DNA of 64,000 nucleotides from Callorhinchus milii (lineage: Eukaryota), in assembly GCF_018977255.1 (NCBI RefSeq), contig NW_024704743.1, positions 10,294,001-10,358,000 of the forward strand, given 5' to 3'. Shown here one piece after another: positions 26,151 to 40,130 of the stretch (positions are counted from its first letter, which is position 1; the number at the start of each line of letters is the position of its first letter). The position numbers were made by a program, and so were the translations under genes. The notes beneath the pieces are model-generated. The model saw only the letters and a program-made list of their open reading frames with translations. It was not told the DNA's origin and ran no database searches.

Positions 26151-26784
26151 TGTTGCATATGCCTTAAAATGTCTTGTGCCTTTTTGATATGTAAGGCGCT
26201 ATAAAAATACCTTTTCTCATGTGTGAATTCATACTGTACACCCCAAGTTTCCTATCAATATTAGACAATGACAAATTCACAGGACTAGAGCAAGAAACAT
26301 TACCAAGGACCAATGAAGGTACCAACAATAACAAACTACATTTGTATAGAGCCTTTCACATCGGGAGGATGTCCCAAAGGCACCGGAAGTCAGGAATTTG
26401 GACCTGAGCAGGGGTTTGGGATCAGGAGGGTTAGAGGGCAGGGAGTGCAGGTGTAGGTGTGGGAGGGTGGCCGAAGGAGTGATCAAAGAGGAAGGTGAAA
26501 CGTGCCTTGAAGGAGGCAAGGGAGAGAGCAAGGCGAAGGGACAGTGGGATGGAGTTCCAATGGGTGCAGGCAGAGAGGCTGAAGACCTGATCACCGATGG
26601 TCGGGCAGGGTGAGCGGAGGACATGGAGCAGGCCAGAGCCTGCTGAGTGGAGGAAGCGGACAGGTTGATATGGCGTTAGCAGGTCAGAGAGGTACGAAGG
26701 AGCAAGATTGTGGAGGGCTTTAAAGGCGAGGATGAGGATTTTTAACTCTATCCTCTGGGAGATGGGGAGCCATTGGAGCTGGGC

Positions 26785-27933
26785 ACCTCAGGCGCTGACA
26801 CCATCAGCATCCAAGGCTGCACTCTCCACCTCTCAAAGCCAGTCAGGAACCTCGGCGTTTTGTTCGACCCTGAGCTGTCCTTTATAATAATAATAATAAT
26901 AATCCTTGCATTTGATATAGCGCTTTTCACGTCAGGAGGACGTCCCAAAGCGCTTCACAGAACACACTGTAAAGTGAATTGACTGTATATTTGTGGGCGA
27001 ACGCGGCAGCCAATTGCGCACAGCAATGTCCCACAAACAGTCGTAGATTGAAAATGACCAATTTATTATTGTTTTTGGTTTTGGAGGGATTATTATTAGG
27101 CGTGTTCTCCCTCACATCCGCACCACAACTGGCACCGCCTTCCATCACCTCCGGAACATCGCCAGACTATGGCATTACCTCACCCCTCACGCTGCTGAAA
27201 CCCTGGTTCACGCCTTTGTCACCTCAAGGCTGGACTACGGGAACTCTCTCCTCGCCGGCCTTCCCGCCACCTCCCTCCACAAGCTGCAGGTCATTCAGAA
27301 CTCTGCAGCTCGTGTACTGTCCCGCACCAGGCTTCGGGACCACATCACTCCCACCCTCGCTCGCCTCCACTGGCTCCCCATCCCCCAGAGGATCGAATTC
27401 AAGATCCTCATCCTCACCTACAAGGCCATTCACGGCCTTGCTCCCTCCTACCTCTCCAACCTACTATCCCCCTACCTACCTGCCCGTACCCTCCGTTCCT
27501 CTGGCTCCGGTCTGCTCCACGTCCCCCGCCCCAACCGCCCTACCATCGGTGGTCGGGCCTTCAGCCTCTCAGCCCCCAGGCTCTGGAACTCCATCCCCCA
27601 GTGCCTTCGCCTTGCTTCCTCCCTTTCCTCCTTCAAGGCTGGTCTCAAAACCTTTCTCTTTGACCGTGCCTTCAGCTCCCCTCTCGACTCTCTTCCCCTC
27701 CTCGCTCCCTCCCTTCCCTCCCCTCACCCTGACCATTTCCCCCCTCCTTGCCCCCTCCTTTCCCTCCCCTCACCCTGACCATTTCCCCCCTCCTCGCTCC
27801 CTCCCTTCCGTCCCCTCACCCTGACCATTTCCCCCCTGCTCGGGTCATGACCCAACTGTGCAGCGCCTTGGGACGTCCTCCTGACGTGAAAGGCGCTTTA
27901 TAAATGGAATCTTGTTGTTGTTGTTGTTGTTGT
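26785..27933 (+). mobile_element. Young 5'-truncated L2, containing a headless SINE A (-, ~26883-27104)
   Basis: CpG-rich, close to copy 52680-53483; ORF 26773 reads LSKPVRNLGVLFDPELSF; (TTG)n tail. Confidence 0.95.
27695..27832 (+). repeat. 46-bp tandem triplication in the L2 3' UTR
   Basis: GACCATTTCC recurs at 27731, 27777 and 27823; the 52680-53483 copy has a single unit. Confidence 0.9.
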
Positions 27934-29455
27934 TGGGCGAGGGTGGAGGTTGTAGGGTCACAGAACCTGGTGTGGGAGAGGACATAAACTGCAGAGTTCT
28001 TGATGATCTGCAGCTTCTGGAGGGAAGAGTTGGGAAGGCTGACAAGGAGGGAGTTTGTGTAGTCGAGCCTAGATGTAATAAATGCATGGATAAGGGTTTC
28101 GGTGTCCTGAGGGGAAAGGCAGTGGTGGAGCTACGTGATGTTGTGGAGCTGGGAGAAGGTAGAGCGGGTCATGGCATTGATACCATCCTTCAGATGAAAC
28201 ACTATATCATTATTTGAAAAGAGGAGGGAGTATTTCCTAGTGTCCTGGCCAACAATCCCCCAGATAAAATGACTTCAATGGTCAATTTTATCTGGCATAT
28301 TGTTGGCCAGCTGCTACGTTTGCCCACAAAATACACACAGTCATTACACTTTACAGCATATCCTGTGAAGCGCTTTGTGACTTCTCGATGATATAATAAA
28401 GCACCGTATCAAGTGCCAGTTGTTTTCTACTATGGATGAAAATGCATAACACCAGAAACCAGCAGCATATCTGCAGGAATATAAGATACATAGCAAACTG
28501 TTCCTATTATCGGAGATCAGAAAGAACAAAAAATGGATTCTCTCTGTGACAAAACATACTTCAGTCAAAATAGAAAAAGTATCTGGAAACTCTTCATTCT
28601 GTCAGTAACACCAGCCTGGTTTAGTTTGGATTGGTCAAAAGCCTGTGGGTTCAAGCCCCATGTTGGAACTTGGAACTTCTGATGAAGGCTGATATTCCAA
28701 TGCATTCCTGCCTGTTCAGGTATATCACATCAAGGATTAAATGTGGTTACAACACAATGTGACTATAATTAATAAGAGTCAACAGTATGGCCGATATTTA
28801 CAATATTTTTCCCGTGGTTGTCACTTGATTACTGAGTTTAGCAATCATTTTTCAATTAGTGTACTTTCATTCCGATCTTGCTAAGTGGTAGAAATCCTCA
28901 CGAAATTGGTGAATTTGTGCTTTACAAATTCTTAATCCCATTAACACTGAATAAATCTTGCGAAAGGCAAGAAGTAAAGGTCAGGGTAGTAACACCCAGT
29001 CACCTTGTCAACAGGTCACCTAAGGACACTTGTCTCATGCTCCCACTCAACATGAATTTCTGACCTTGTGATTGGTCATGTGGACAGATGGATAGAAAAA
29101 AGATGTAATTGGCTCTCGAGAGTTTGAATCCTCCCCATATTAAGTTTCTCAGACTGACCCAACATTTCTGGCTCTATCAAATTACACACGGTAGATTTTT
29201 TGATGAGGATGTGAAGGCTATTGAATGCCATCATTTGCATATCCCAGATCTTTATTTCTTTGTTTCTTTCTTTATGACTGAACAAGTTTCAATGGTTTAG
29301 TCATTGAACACTGCTTTGCAATGGGCTGGCATTGCACTCGAATGCCACTGTTCACAGTATTTTTTTACAGTTCTAACGTCTCTAAGAAAGGGTGATGCAA
29401 ATGTGGAACGTACTGTCGGAAGCTGCCGTTAAAACAAAAAGTATCAACTTATTTT

Positions 29456-30885
29456 ATAGAATCATAGAATTAAACAGCACAGAAAGAGGCCACTCGGCCC
29501 ATTGTGTCAGTGCCGGCTCTTTTAAAAGAGCTATCCAAATCAATCCCACTGCCCTGCGCTCTCCCCCATAACCCTGCAAACTTGTCCTCTCCAAATAATT
29601 ATCTACTTCTCTCTTAAAAGTTGTTATTGTATCGGCTTCCACCACCCTTTCAGGCAATGCATTCCAGATCCAAACAACTTTCTGCATGAAAACATTTCTC
29701 CTCACCTTCCCTCTATTTCTTTTAACAACTATTTTAAATCAGTGCCCTCAGGTTATCGACCCACCCGCCAGTGGAAATAGTTTCTCCTTGTTCACCCTAT
29801 TCAACCCCTCATAATTTTGAAAACTTCTACTAAGTCTCCTTTTAACCTTCTCTGCTCCAAGGAGAATAATCCTCGCTTCTCTAGCTTCTCCTGATAACTG
29901 AAGTCCCTCATTCCTGGTACCATCCTGATAAATCTCCTTTGCACTCTCTCCAATGCCTTGACATCCTTCCTAAAGTGTGGTGCCCAGAACTGAACACACT
30001 ACTCTAGCTGAGACCTAACCAGTGTTTCATAAAGGTTCATCATAATTTCCTGACTTTTGTATTCTATGCTCCTATTTATAAAACTGAGTATCCTGTACGT
30101 CTTTTAACAGCTTTTTATCTACCTGTCCTGCCACACTGAAAGAGTTACTTATATGCACCCCCAGGTCTCTCTATTCCTTCACCCCCTTTAAGATTCCACC
30201 ATCAGCTTATATTGCCTCTCGTCATTCTTCCTCCAAAAATGCATCACTTTGCATTTCTCCACATTAAATTGCATCTGTCATGTCTGCCCATTTTACCAGT
30301 CTGTCTATGTCCATTTGCAGTCTGTTACTATCCTCCTCACTGTTTACTACTTTTCCTAGCTTAGTATCATCTGCAAACTTGGAAATTGTACTCCCTATAT
30401 TCACATTCAGGTCATTTATATAGATCAAAAATAGTAGTGGTCCCAATACCAACCCCTGGGGGATACCACTGTACACTTGCCTCCAGTCAGAAAAGCAACC
30501 ATTCACCACCACTCTCTGCTTTCTGTCTCCCAACCAGTTCTGTATCCATGCTGCCACTGTCCCATTAATACCGTGGGCTTCTATTTTGCTTACAAGTCTC
30601 TTATGTGGCACTTTATCAAATGCCTTTTGAAAATTCATATAAACTACATCAACTGCACAACCTTCATCCACCCTCTCCGTTACTTCATGAAAAACTCTAT
30701 CCGGTTTGTTAGACATGATTTGCCTTTAACAAATCCGTGTTGGCTGTCCTTATTAACCCATATTTTTCTAAGTGAAGATTTATTTTGTCCTGGATTATGG
30801 TCTCTAGATATTTCCCCATTAGGCTGACTAGCCTCTAGTTCCCGGGTTTATCCTTCTGCCCCTTTTTGTACAGGGGAATAACATT
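29456..30885 (-). mobile_element. CR1 LINE 3' ~1.4 kb (RT domain and tail)
   Basis: ORF 30264..30716 reads FQKAFDKVPH..SGIPQGLVLGPLLFLIYINDL..KFADDTK; ORF 29454..29705 is the C-terminus. Confidence 0.95.
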
Positions 30886-32349
30886 TAGAGGTAAGTTTAA
30901 ACATATGCGAGGAAGAAGGAAATAAAAGGATATAGGAGAGGTGGAGACTCGTGTGGAGTGCATCACGGACTAGTTAGGCCAAAAATCCTATTTCCGTGCT
31001 GCAATGCTTTATAGTTCAGTGTGAGTTTTTGTGTTTAAATATGACTTCCAGTGATAGAAGACTACTACCAGCCTATCCAAGCGAATAATGCTAACATCTC
31101 AAGACAATTATCTGTAATGTGTCATCGCTATAATAATTAGAGCTATCACACCTATAATATTTAAAGACATAATGGGTAGTTGCTGTAGAGTGTAATGACT
31201 GCATTTTGTAGGTGAATCGCAACAGCCAATTTATACACAGCAAATGTCCCCAAAATAGCCATGAATTTTATCAGAAGGAATGTTGGCCAGGGCACTGGGA
31301 GAACTTCCTTTCTCTTTGCAAACAGTGCCAAGGGGTCTCTAAAAGCTGAGAAAGCAGATGTCACATTGTTTTAATGTCTCATTCCGTACATCTGATAATG
31401 CAGCACACCTGCAGCATAATGTTGAAGTGATGGCCTAGACTGATGGGGCTCAAACCTTCTGAGTGCTACTGATTGAGCTAGGTTGATATTCTAGCAAGAA
31501 GATGATTGCAGCCCAGCTTCAGGATATCTCTGCTAATTCAAAATACCATCACTCACAGGTGAGCATTGAATGAACGTCACAATAATTTATCTTTCAAAGC
31601 AGTCCTTTCACTTCAAACATCTTAACTCTGAACAAACATAAGTTTGTATTCCAACACAATGTCACGACTGTGCTCAGCGCCAACATTTGATGTATGCCCC
31701 TTTCATACCAACATTAATGGATGTTGAAAATAATATGAGTTTGAACTATTTTCTGTTAAAAACAATATTATTTTCATTTTTACAATTAACCCAAGGGTCA
31801 GGTCTTATATACAGCACCAATGAGTAGGCAAGAAAATAAAAAAAGATCAGCTTAATAGAAAATTCAATGAGAAAAAGGTACTTGCTGGTGAGAGACAAAT
31901 TGAATAATAGTATCCTCTCTGATCCCCTCTGTTTTTATTAACTTTTTCATATTGAAGTAAAAAAGTTATGCTCCTCTTGAGAAGTTACTATTTATTTCTG
32001 TTCCAGAGTTTCACATTGAAATGTTTGCATTGATGCATTTGGGGCTAATGTTCACAATTTTAATGTACTTTCAAAAACTTGCATTTATATAGTGCCCTTC
32101 ACACTGAATAGTGACTTGGAGTGCTGAACAGCGGATGCTAAAAAAAGGTAAATTGGGACCGAGGGGTCACCATGGGTGCTTTCAAACACACTATAATTGA
32201 TTTAACTGAACCATCATCTAACTTGTTATATTTTGATGAAAATTAATTCAGCAGAGGAAACAGATGTGTTTCATGATGTGAATGAGGATACTTGGGTGGG
32301 AATTCTGAAAAGATAATTAATAAAAATAACTGTTAATCATAATAATAAT

Positions 32350-33090
32350 CCTGGCTAGACTATTCTGATGCCTTCCTCGTTGGTCTCCCCACTCTACCGT
32401 ACACAAAATCCAATTAATTAAAAACTCCTCCACCCAGATATTCACCCAAATAAAACTCAGTACTCCCAACACACCAGTCCTTGCCAGGCTCCACTGGCTC
32501 CCAATCACCGAAAGGATCAACTTCAAGATCCTCTCACTCATTTTCAAATCACTTCATTCCCTCCCTACCTATCCGACCTGCTTACCCCCTACTCCACCAC
32601 CTGTTGCTCAGCTGGCACTGGCTTCCTAATTGTCCCTCGTGCCCTCCACTCCACTTCCTTTTCAATTGTGCTTACGGTCACCTCCCCACTCCCTCTCCCC
32701 TTAGCTCATTGTCAGACTCCGCCACTGTGAAGCTCTCCGGGACGCTACACCACGTGAACAGTGCTATATAAATGCAAGTTGTTGTTGTTGCGTTGTCAAA
32801 GGTGCTGTCCTTTAAATAAGACATTAAAATGAGATGTTGTCTGTCCCAGGTCAGATGGATGTCTAAGATTCGTTGGCACTACTCAAATAGAGAAGAGGGT
32901 TTCTCCCGTTTTCTTGACCGACAATCCCCTAGATAAGATTGGTCATTCACTTCATAGCTGTTTATGGGACATTGCTGTGAAATAAATTGACTGCCATGTT
33001 CGCCCACAAAATCCAGTCACAGCACTTTCAGTAAAATGCTGTGAAGCACTTTGAGATGTCCTCCTGACATGAAAGCTCTGCATCAAATAT
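32350..33090 (+). mobile_element. Old L2 3' fragment followed by a family C SINE
   Basis: CTCCACTGGCTCCCAATC...TTCAAGATCCTC and (TTG)n at ~32780, then a Deu-like body. Confidence 0.75.
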
Positions 33091-33733
33091 TATGTATATT
33101 GGAGAAAGAAAAGATTGCTGATGGTTGAATTTTTCTTTGGAGGCTCAGTGGTGCTTGAGTCACCACTAACAGCATTCAGCTGTACCTGTGGACGGCATTT
33201 CACCTTTGGACAACATACAATCTTGAGTCACCAAATGAAAAAAGTATTCTTTCCCTGGGAGTCCTCATTAAATCCAACATAAAGGCTACATTGAAAGAAT
33301 TAATGTTAAATCCTTCAATACCTTAAATTAAACCCATTCAAGTATTTCTTTTCAAAATATCGCAAGTTAATAGAATTGCCTTTTTCATTAAAAAGGCTTC
33401 AAGGGGCTATATCAGTGATTGAAACCAGTGATTAGAGATAATGACATTGCCTTTTATGTAACTAAACTACAATCTTGTGTATTATGGTAAAAGCATTCCT
33501 CGCTCTCTATTATAGGAGGGCTGTAAGGCATAGAAATAAATGCCACTTGTTATTCTAGGCAATGTGCATTTTAATTTGAAATGTAGAAAGGAGCATTGGT
33601 GCGAAAGCTGAGAAGCTAGCGATTTGAGCATGCAGGAGAGAAGAATGACTGTACAGACACTCCCCAGTGCTGTGAAACACTAGAGCTTGATATTTTACCT
33701 CAGCAGAGCCTGCTCAACCACTTTATCTTAAAA

Positions 33734-34113
33734 GTGGTGTCCTGCAGCGTATTGGTTAGAGCGCTCACCCCGCAAGCGAGAGGATCTGGGTTCAATTCCC
33801 AGGAGGGGCAAAATGTTAGGCAAGTTTTCTTACTCCACACGCCTCTGTTTACCAAGCACTGAGCAGGAACCTGGTTGTTAGTCGATTGGGGGATCACTTT
33901 TCCAGGAGTAATAATCCCTTAAAAATATAAATAAATAAAATAATTTGGTGGCTCAATCTGTGATTGAGGGACACAGCTGTGCACAATTTGCTGCTGTGTT
34001 TTGCCTACAAGGTATACAGTAACTTCACTATGCAGTATGTTCTGTGAAGTGCTTTGAGACCTCTCAAAGACTTGATAAGGCGCTATATAAAATGCAAGAA
34101 TTATTATTATTAT
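33734..34113 (+). mobile_element. tRNA-SINE subfamily B
   Basis: Head, GCCTCTGTTTACCAAGCA block, Deu core and (TTA)n tail. Confidence 0.85.
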
Positions 34114-34714
34114 TAAAAGTAAATCAGGCAAAATTCAGTCTCAAATCTTAAATTTTAAGCAACAATGTTCTTATGGACTAGGACTAAGTGGAATTTTGGG
34201 CCAACATTAAAAGAACTTTTTTGTGTCCACGATAATAATCTGTGCATTTGATAAAGTGCAAAATTCTCTGGAGGTTCGCACACAAAAATTCTCTGGAGGT
34301 TCTCTTTATGGTATATCCTCCAATGTGCTTTGAAACATCCTGATGTGAAAGGACGTATCAGTGGCAGCACTCTTGTCTCTGAATAAGAAGGTTGTGGGTT
34401 CAACCCTCGCACAGGATTTCAAACTCATATAATCTAAGATGATACTACAGTGCAGTGTTGGGGGAGAATCACATCGCCAGAGGTGCTGTCCTTTGGATTA
34501 GGTATTAAACTAAGATCCTGTCTGTCTGTTCAGGTGGATATAAAAGATCCTGTGGCACTATTTGAAGAGACGGGAGTTTCTTCTGGTGTCCTGGCCAACA
34601 ATACCCCAAAATAAAATTGGTCATTCACTTTATGGTTGTTTGTGGGACATTGTTGTGTGCAAATTGACTGCTGAGTTTGCCCACAAAACACTGAAAGTGA
34701 GGAAGATACAAGAT

Positions 34715-35912
34715 ACAGAACTGGATGGGAGACAGAAAGCCGAGAGTGGTGGTGAATGGTTGTTTTTCTGACTGTGTGCAGTGGTGTCTCCCAAGGGTCA
34801 ATATTGGGACCACTGCTGTTTTTTAACTATATAAATGACGTGGACTTGGATGTAGGGAGTACAATTTCCAAGTTTGCAGATGGTACTAAGCTAGGAAAGG
34901 TAGTAAACAGTGAAGCGGATAGTAGCAGACTGCAAATGGACATAGACAGACTGGTAAAATGGGCCGACACGTGGCAGATGAAGTTTAATGTGGAGAAGTG
35001 CAAAGGGATGTATTTTGGGAGGAAGAATGAGGAGAGGCAATATAAGCCGCTGGTAAAATCTTAAAGGGGGTGAAGGAACAGAGAGACCTGAGGGTTCATA
35101 TTAGTAAATCTTTGAAGGTGATAGGAAAAGTAGATAAACTGTTAAAAAAGCATACAGGATACTAGGCTTTATAAATGGGGGCATAGAATACAAAAGTCAG
35201 GAAGTTATGATGAACCTTTATAAAATACTGGTTAGGCCTCAGCTAGAATACTATGTTCAGGTCTGGGCACCACACTTTAGGAAGGTTGTCAAACATTGGA
35301 GAGTTTACCAGGATAGTACCAGGAATGAGGGACTTCAGTTATCAGGAGAGGCTAGAGAAGCTAGGATTATTATGCTTGGAGCAGAGAAGGTTAAGAGGAG
35401 ACTTAAAAGAAGTTTTCAAAATTATGAGGGGATTCGATAGGGTGAATAAAGAGAAATTATTTCCACTGGCGGGTGGGTCGGTAACCTGAGGACACCGATT
35501 TAAAATAGTTGTTAAAAGAAACAGAGGGGAGGTGAGGAGAAATTTTTTCACACCGCGAGTTGTTCGGATCTGGAATGCATTGCCTGAATTGGTGGTGGAA
35601 GCCGATTCAATAACAACTTTTAAGAGAGAAGTAGATAATTATTTGGGGAGGACAAGTTTGCAGCCCCTGTTCCTGCCTGTACCAGGCTCCACATCCTCAT
35701 CACCTCAGTTCTTGCCAGGCTCCATTGTTTCCCTGTTGCAGAACATATTGATTTCAAAATCCTCACTCTCAATAGATAATTATTTGGGGAAGACAAGTTT
35801 ACACCGAGAAAGCGGTGGAGTGTGATCGAATTCAATAGCTCTTTTCAAAGAGCTGGCACAGACACGATGGGCCGAATGGCTTCTTTCTGTGCTGTACAAT
35901 TCTATGATCTTA
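34715..35912 (+). mobile_element. CR1 3' part with an embedded L2 piece (~35664-35770) and duplicated CR1 sequence
   Basis: RT ORF 34756..35064; TAGATAATTATTTGGGGA.GACAAGTTT occurs at both 35632 and 35773. Confidence 0.93.
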
Positions 35913-37712
35913 TGAAGTTTCCTTACTCCACGTGTCTCTGTTTACCTAGCAGTAAGTAGGAACCCCGTTGTTAGTCAATTGGCAGTTCGCTTTGCTGGGG
36001 GATAATAATCCTTCAAAAAAACACACCAATAATTTGGTCACTCAATCCATGACTGTGTGTGGGACACTGCTGTGCGCAATTGGCTGCTGCATTTCACCCA
36101 CAATTATATAGTCAATTCACTTTACAGTATATTCTGTGAAGTGCTTTGAGATGTCTAGAAGACGTGAAAAGCACTCTATCAAATGGAAGGATTATTAGGA
36201 TTATTATTTACTTGCTCTGTCTTTCTGCAACCTTAGAGATTGTTACTGCAAATACTTGAACATTTAAAGATTGGCACAAAATTAAATTCTTAGAAGCCCA
36301 ATCTGTTAAATGAACACATTTAATTCAATTGAGTATTGTCTAAGTTGCTAATGAAATACTTAGCACTTACCAAACAAAGATCTATGTATTATATTTATTA
36401 ATAAGGATCAGATTCTTAGGCTCTAAGAATGGGACATTACTGTGTACAAATTGGCTGCCACATTTACTTACATTACATAGACGATACACTTTATAGTAAA
36501 TCTTGTGAAATGCTTTGAGATATCCGACATGGCCTGGCATAGCCAAATGTCTATGTCTGTATCATATCAATCTATGTTTCAATCTATGTCTTCCAAAATT
36601 AATGGTGCTGTGGCATACGCAAAGATTAATATTATTTTCTCTACCGCTGATGTTAAAATGACAGGTAAAGTATTCTTATTTTGTTGGGAACCTTTTCTGA
36701 ATCTCATAATTCATTAATAATGTTAATGGGAATTTAGCTGATTTCTAACCGTATTGGTTTCATAGCAGTGAATGACCTTGCCATTTCAGATCATAGAACG
36801 ATAAGAAAGTACTGATTGCATATGATAATTACTGCTCCACTACTGGCGGTCGTGATTTCAACCACTACACCCTGAGACTCTGGACCTCTGCCTCACTCCC
36901 TCCACCTTGCCCCCTCCTTGCCCATCTTCAGATGACACCTGAGGACCTTTCTCTTCAACCGTGCCAACAGTCACCTCCATTCTTTCCCTGGCTTCACGAC
37001 AAGTTCTGCCACAGTTATGTGCTCTGAGAAGCTAACTCTTTATGAAGTGGGCTGTATAAATGAAAGATTTCTGTTGCATTTATCACTTTGGAATCCATCA
37101 AAGTGTTTCGCACAATGATTTACTTTGAAATGCAATGAATATTATTGAATAAACACAAAAAAATGTGACAGAAACATCCTACCACCAGCATTCAGAAAAA
37201 AACCACACGTTTTATCTGTGTTGTTGCAATTTTGATCAAGAAGGACAATTGGTTAGAACACCGTGATAAACTTTCTCTGTTTCAAGACAGTGCCTTTTTC
37301 TGGCTCAGTTTACGTGTTCTTTGTTTCTGAGTTAGAAGTTTGTGGGTTTAAAAGGATCACCAAAGTCAAACATTGCGGGTTTGAGCTCATTTTTGAGCTC
37401 ATTTCAACATTGACGCTCCAGTGAAATCCTTGGGAAATATTACACTGCTAGATCTGCATCCTTTGGATGAAAAGTTGCCTCTTTGTTCAAGGGAGCACTT
37501 TTGCCCACCTTTGCCCTCACCCCACCCTCTTTGCCCCACCCATTCCCTTCCACCAGCTCAGCATCCACTCAGCTGTGTAACGTGCTTTGAGATGGCCTTC
37601 TGAGATGGTTTTATAAATGTCTTGTAATGTTGTCAAGTCTGTTTTATAAGGGAGGGATTTTACAAAGGAACTTCTCCCAGTGACCTGGTCACCAATCCTC
37701 CAGATAGAATTA

Positions 37713-38028
37713 TGGAGTCCTATAGCTCAGTGGTTAGAGCAATCGCTTTGCAAGCGAGAGACCTGAGTTCAACTCCAGGCAGGGCGAAACCTTGGGCAAG
37801 TTTCCTTACTCCACACAGAGCCTAATAATAATCCCTCCAAAACCCAAAATAATAATAAATTGGTCATTTTCAATCCACGACTGTTTGTGGGACATTGCTG
37901 TGCGCAATTGGCTGCCGTGTTCGCCCACAAATATACAGTCAATTCACTTTACAGTGTGTTCTGTGAAGCGCTTTGGGACGTCCTCCCGACGTGAAAAGCG
38001 CTATATCAAATGCAAGTATTATTATTAA
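37713..38028 (+). mobile_element. Young tRNA(Ala-UGC-like) SINE, subfamily A
   Basis: Boxes A/B, anticodon-like arm TCGC-TTTGCAA-GCGA, Deu core, L2-type 3' stem-loop. Confidence 0.95.
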
Positions 38029-38871
38029 TTGGCCGTTCACTTTTTCGCAGAACATTGCTTGTGTGCAAATTGGCTGATCGCACAATTGCCTACAAATACA
38101 GTCACTACACTATTTTGCAATAAATTATGTAAAACACGTTGAGAAGTTTCGATGATGTGATAAGGCACCAAATCAAATGCAAGGATTTTTAGTACCATTG
38201 TTATAAAAAAAACTTTTCTTTCTGACCTACTTCCTTATAGTTTGTCTGCCTTTACTCATTTTCATTGTTGTTTCATTATTTAGCTTTCAGTCCACCTTTA
38301 CAGTTATCATCTTCCCATACAATCACATCTGATGTATTTGAAAGCAAGGAACACTGCAGTTCGGGCTGTGTAGTACATACTCCGTGATCGATTTCCAGAT
38401 AAAATATGTTTGGGTAGGAACGCAAGAAAATCAGGCACTGCAGTTGATAGGTATGTAGATGGCTCCATCAATTTGTCAACAATCTTGAAAGAGTTGCTGC
38501 TGTTTAGATTTCATTTTATAGAGAAACACAAGGAGTGCATTGTTTCCGTGGATGTGCGATGTGGGGCTGAAGCTTTCTGGTAAATAGATTACTGGACTAA
38601 CATTATAATTATTAAACAAGCATGATAATCCTTGCATTTGATATAATGCTTTCCACAATAAAAAACTTTCTCAAAGTTTTACAGGATTTACATTAGAGTA
38701 CAATGGCTGTATTTTGTAGGCAAACACAGCAGTCAATTTGCACACAATAATGTGCCTCAAAATGCCATGAAGTGAATGACTTATTTGAACCGGGGAGTAT
38801 AAAGGTCCCATTTACTTATTCAGGTGAATGTTAAAGATCCCATGGCACTACTTGGAAAGAGAAGGACATTT

Positions 38872-39280
38872 CTCTTTAGAGCAGATAATGTTAAGGGGAG
38901 ATTAATAGAGGTGTTAAAAATTATAAGTGTTGTTGATATAGTAAATTGGGAGAATCTGTTTCCTCCTGCAGATGGGTTGGTAACCATAGGATACAGATTC
39001 AAGGTAATAGGCAAAAGAATCAGAGGGGAGATGATGAGAATTTTTTTTGCCCAGAGAGTTGTTATGATCTGGAACGCACTGCACTGCCTGAAAGGGTGGT
39101 GGAATTCAATAAAAGCATTTAAAAAGGAATGGGATACGTACTTGAAAAGGAAAAAAATTGCAGGGCTTTGGGGTAAAAGTGAGGGAGTGGAACTAGTTGG
39201 TAACTCTCTCAAAGAACCAGCACAGGCACAATAAGCCAAATGGCCTTCTTCTGTGCTGTAATATTCTATGATACTATGAT
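38872..39280 (+). mobile_element. CR1 3' end inserted into a family C SINE
   Basis: ORF 38824..39234 reads LIEVLKI..LFP..GYRFKVIGKR..QRVVMIWNAL; the SINE resumes at ~39281. Confidence 0.85.
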
Positions 39281-40130
39281 TTTCCCGATGTCCTGGCCAA
39301 CAATTCCCCATTAAAATTGATCATTCACTCCATTGTTGTTTGTGGGAAATTGCTGTGCACAAATTGGCTGTTGCATTCACCTATACTTTCAGTACACTCT
39401 GAGTCATTCTCAATGTTACAGATACTATATATCTGTACTATAGATACTAAGTATAAAGACTATTATTATTGCTATTTATTCTTATAGTGGCAATGTTGCA
39501 CAATTGTCATATGTCGAATGACTTGGGAAGGAGGAAAGTGGGGTTACAGAAAAGATTTAGTTTGTTTTGCATGGATTTGTGGACTCTAACCTTTTTTTCT
39601 CTTTTGTTTGCATATGGTGGACATGATTACAAAAGGATGCAGCCAAGGGCAACACTAACCAGAAGATATGATTCACACTTTTAACACTGCTGTTTCCTGA
39701 GAGCACAGAAAAGCTAAAGGAAATGTACTACAAATAATACAGATTTTATATATTTTACACTCAAACGCTCCAACAAGTGATAGCTATTTCAGCAAGTTTA
39801 TGGTAGAATGTGTTCACCGTACTAAACCATCAACTTCAACATGGCTAAAGTACTTTACTTTATCGTGGTTTCAAAGTTCAGCACAAAGTGACACTCATGG
39901 GGAAACAATTCCAATGAATGTTACAGTTTGTTTGGCACTGTGAGATTGCAATGGGAAATCCCATTAATGGGCCAACATCACCAAAGGCAATGCATGTAAT
40001 GCTCACCAGAAAACCCCCCGACAAATTGGCAATCTTACTACAGTGGGCTTCAGAAGTACAACCTGGAAAGTATCACAGTGGTGTAAATAGGGGATGCTCC
40101 TTTGAGGCTCAGTTAAGGTATATTTTACCT

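Larger units (their letters stand above)
26325..28185 (-). mobile_element. Older L2 split by a young L2 insertion
   Basis: The antisense L2 stops at 26784 and resumes at 27934; TGGGC is duplicated at 26780-26784 and 27934-27938. Confidence 0.8.

Noticed and set aside
26979..27824. Longest ORF (281 aa, Pro/Ser-rich)
   Set aside because: It is an antisense SINE fused to an off-frame reading of L2 ORF2 and its C-rich UTR, not a host gene.
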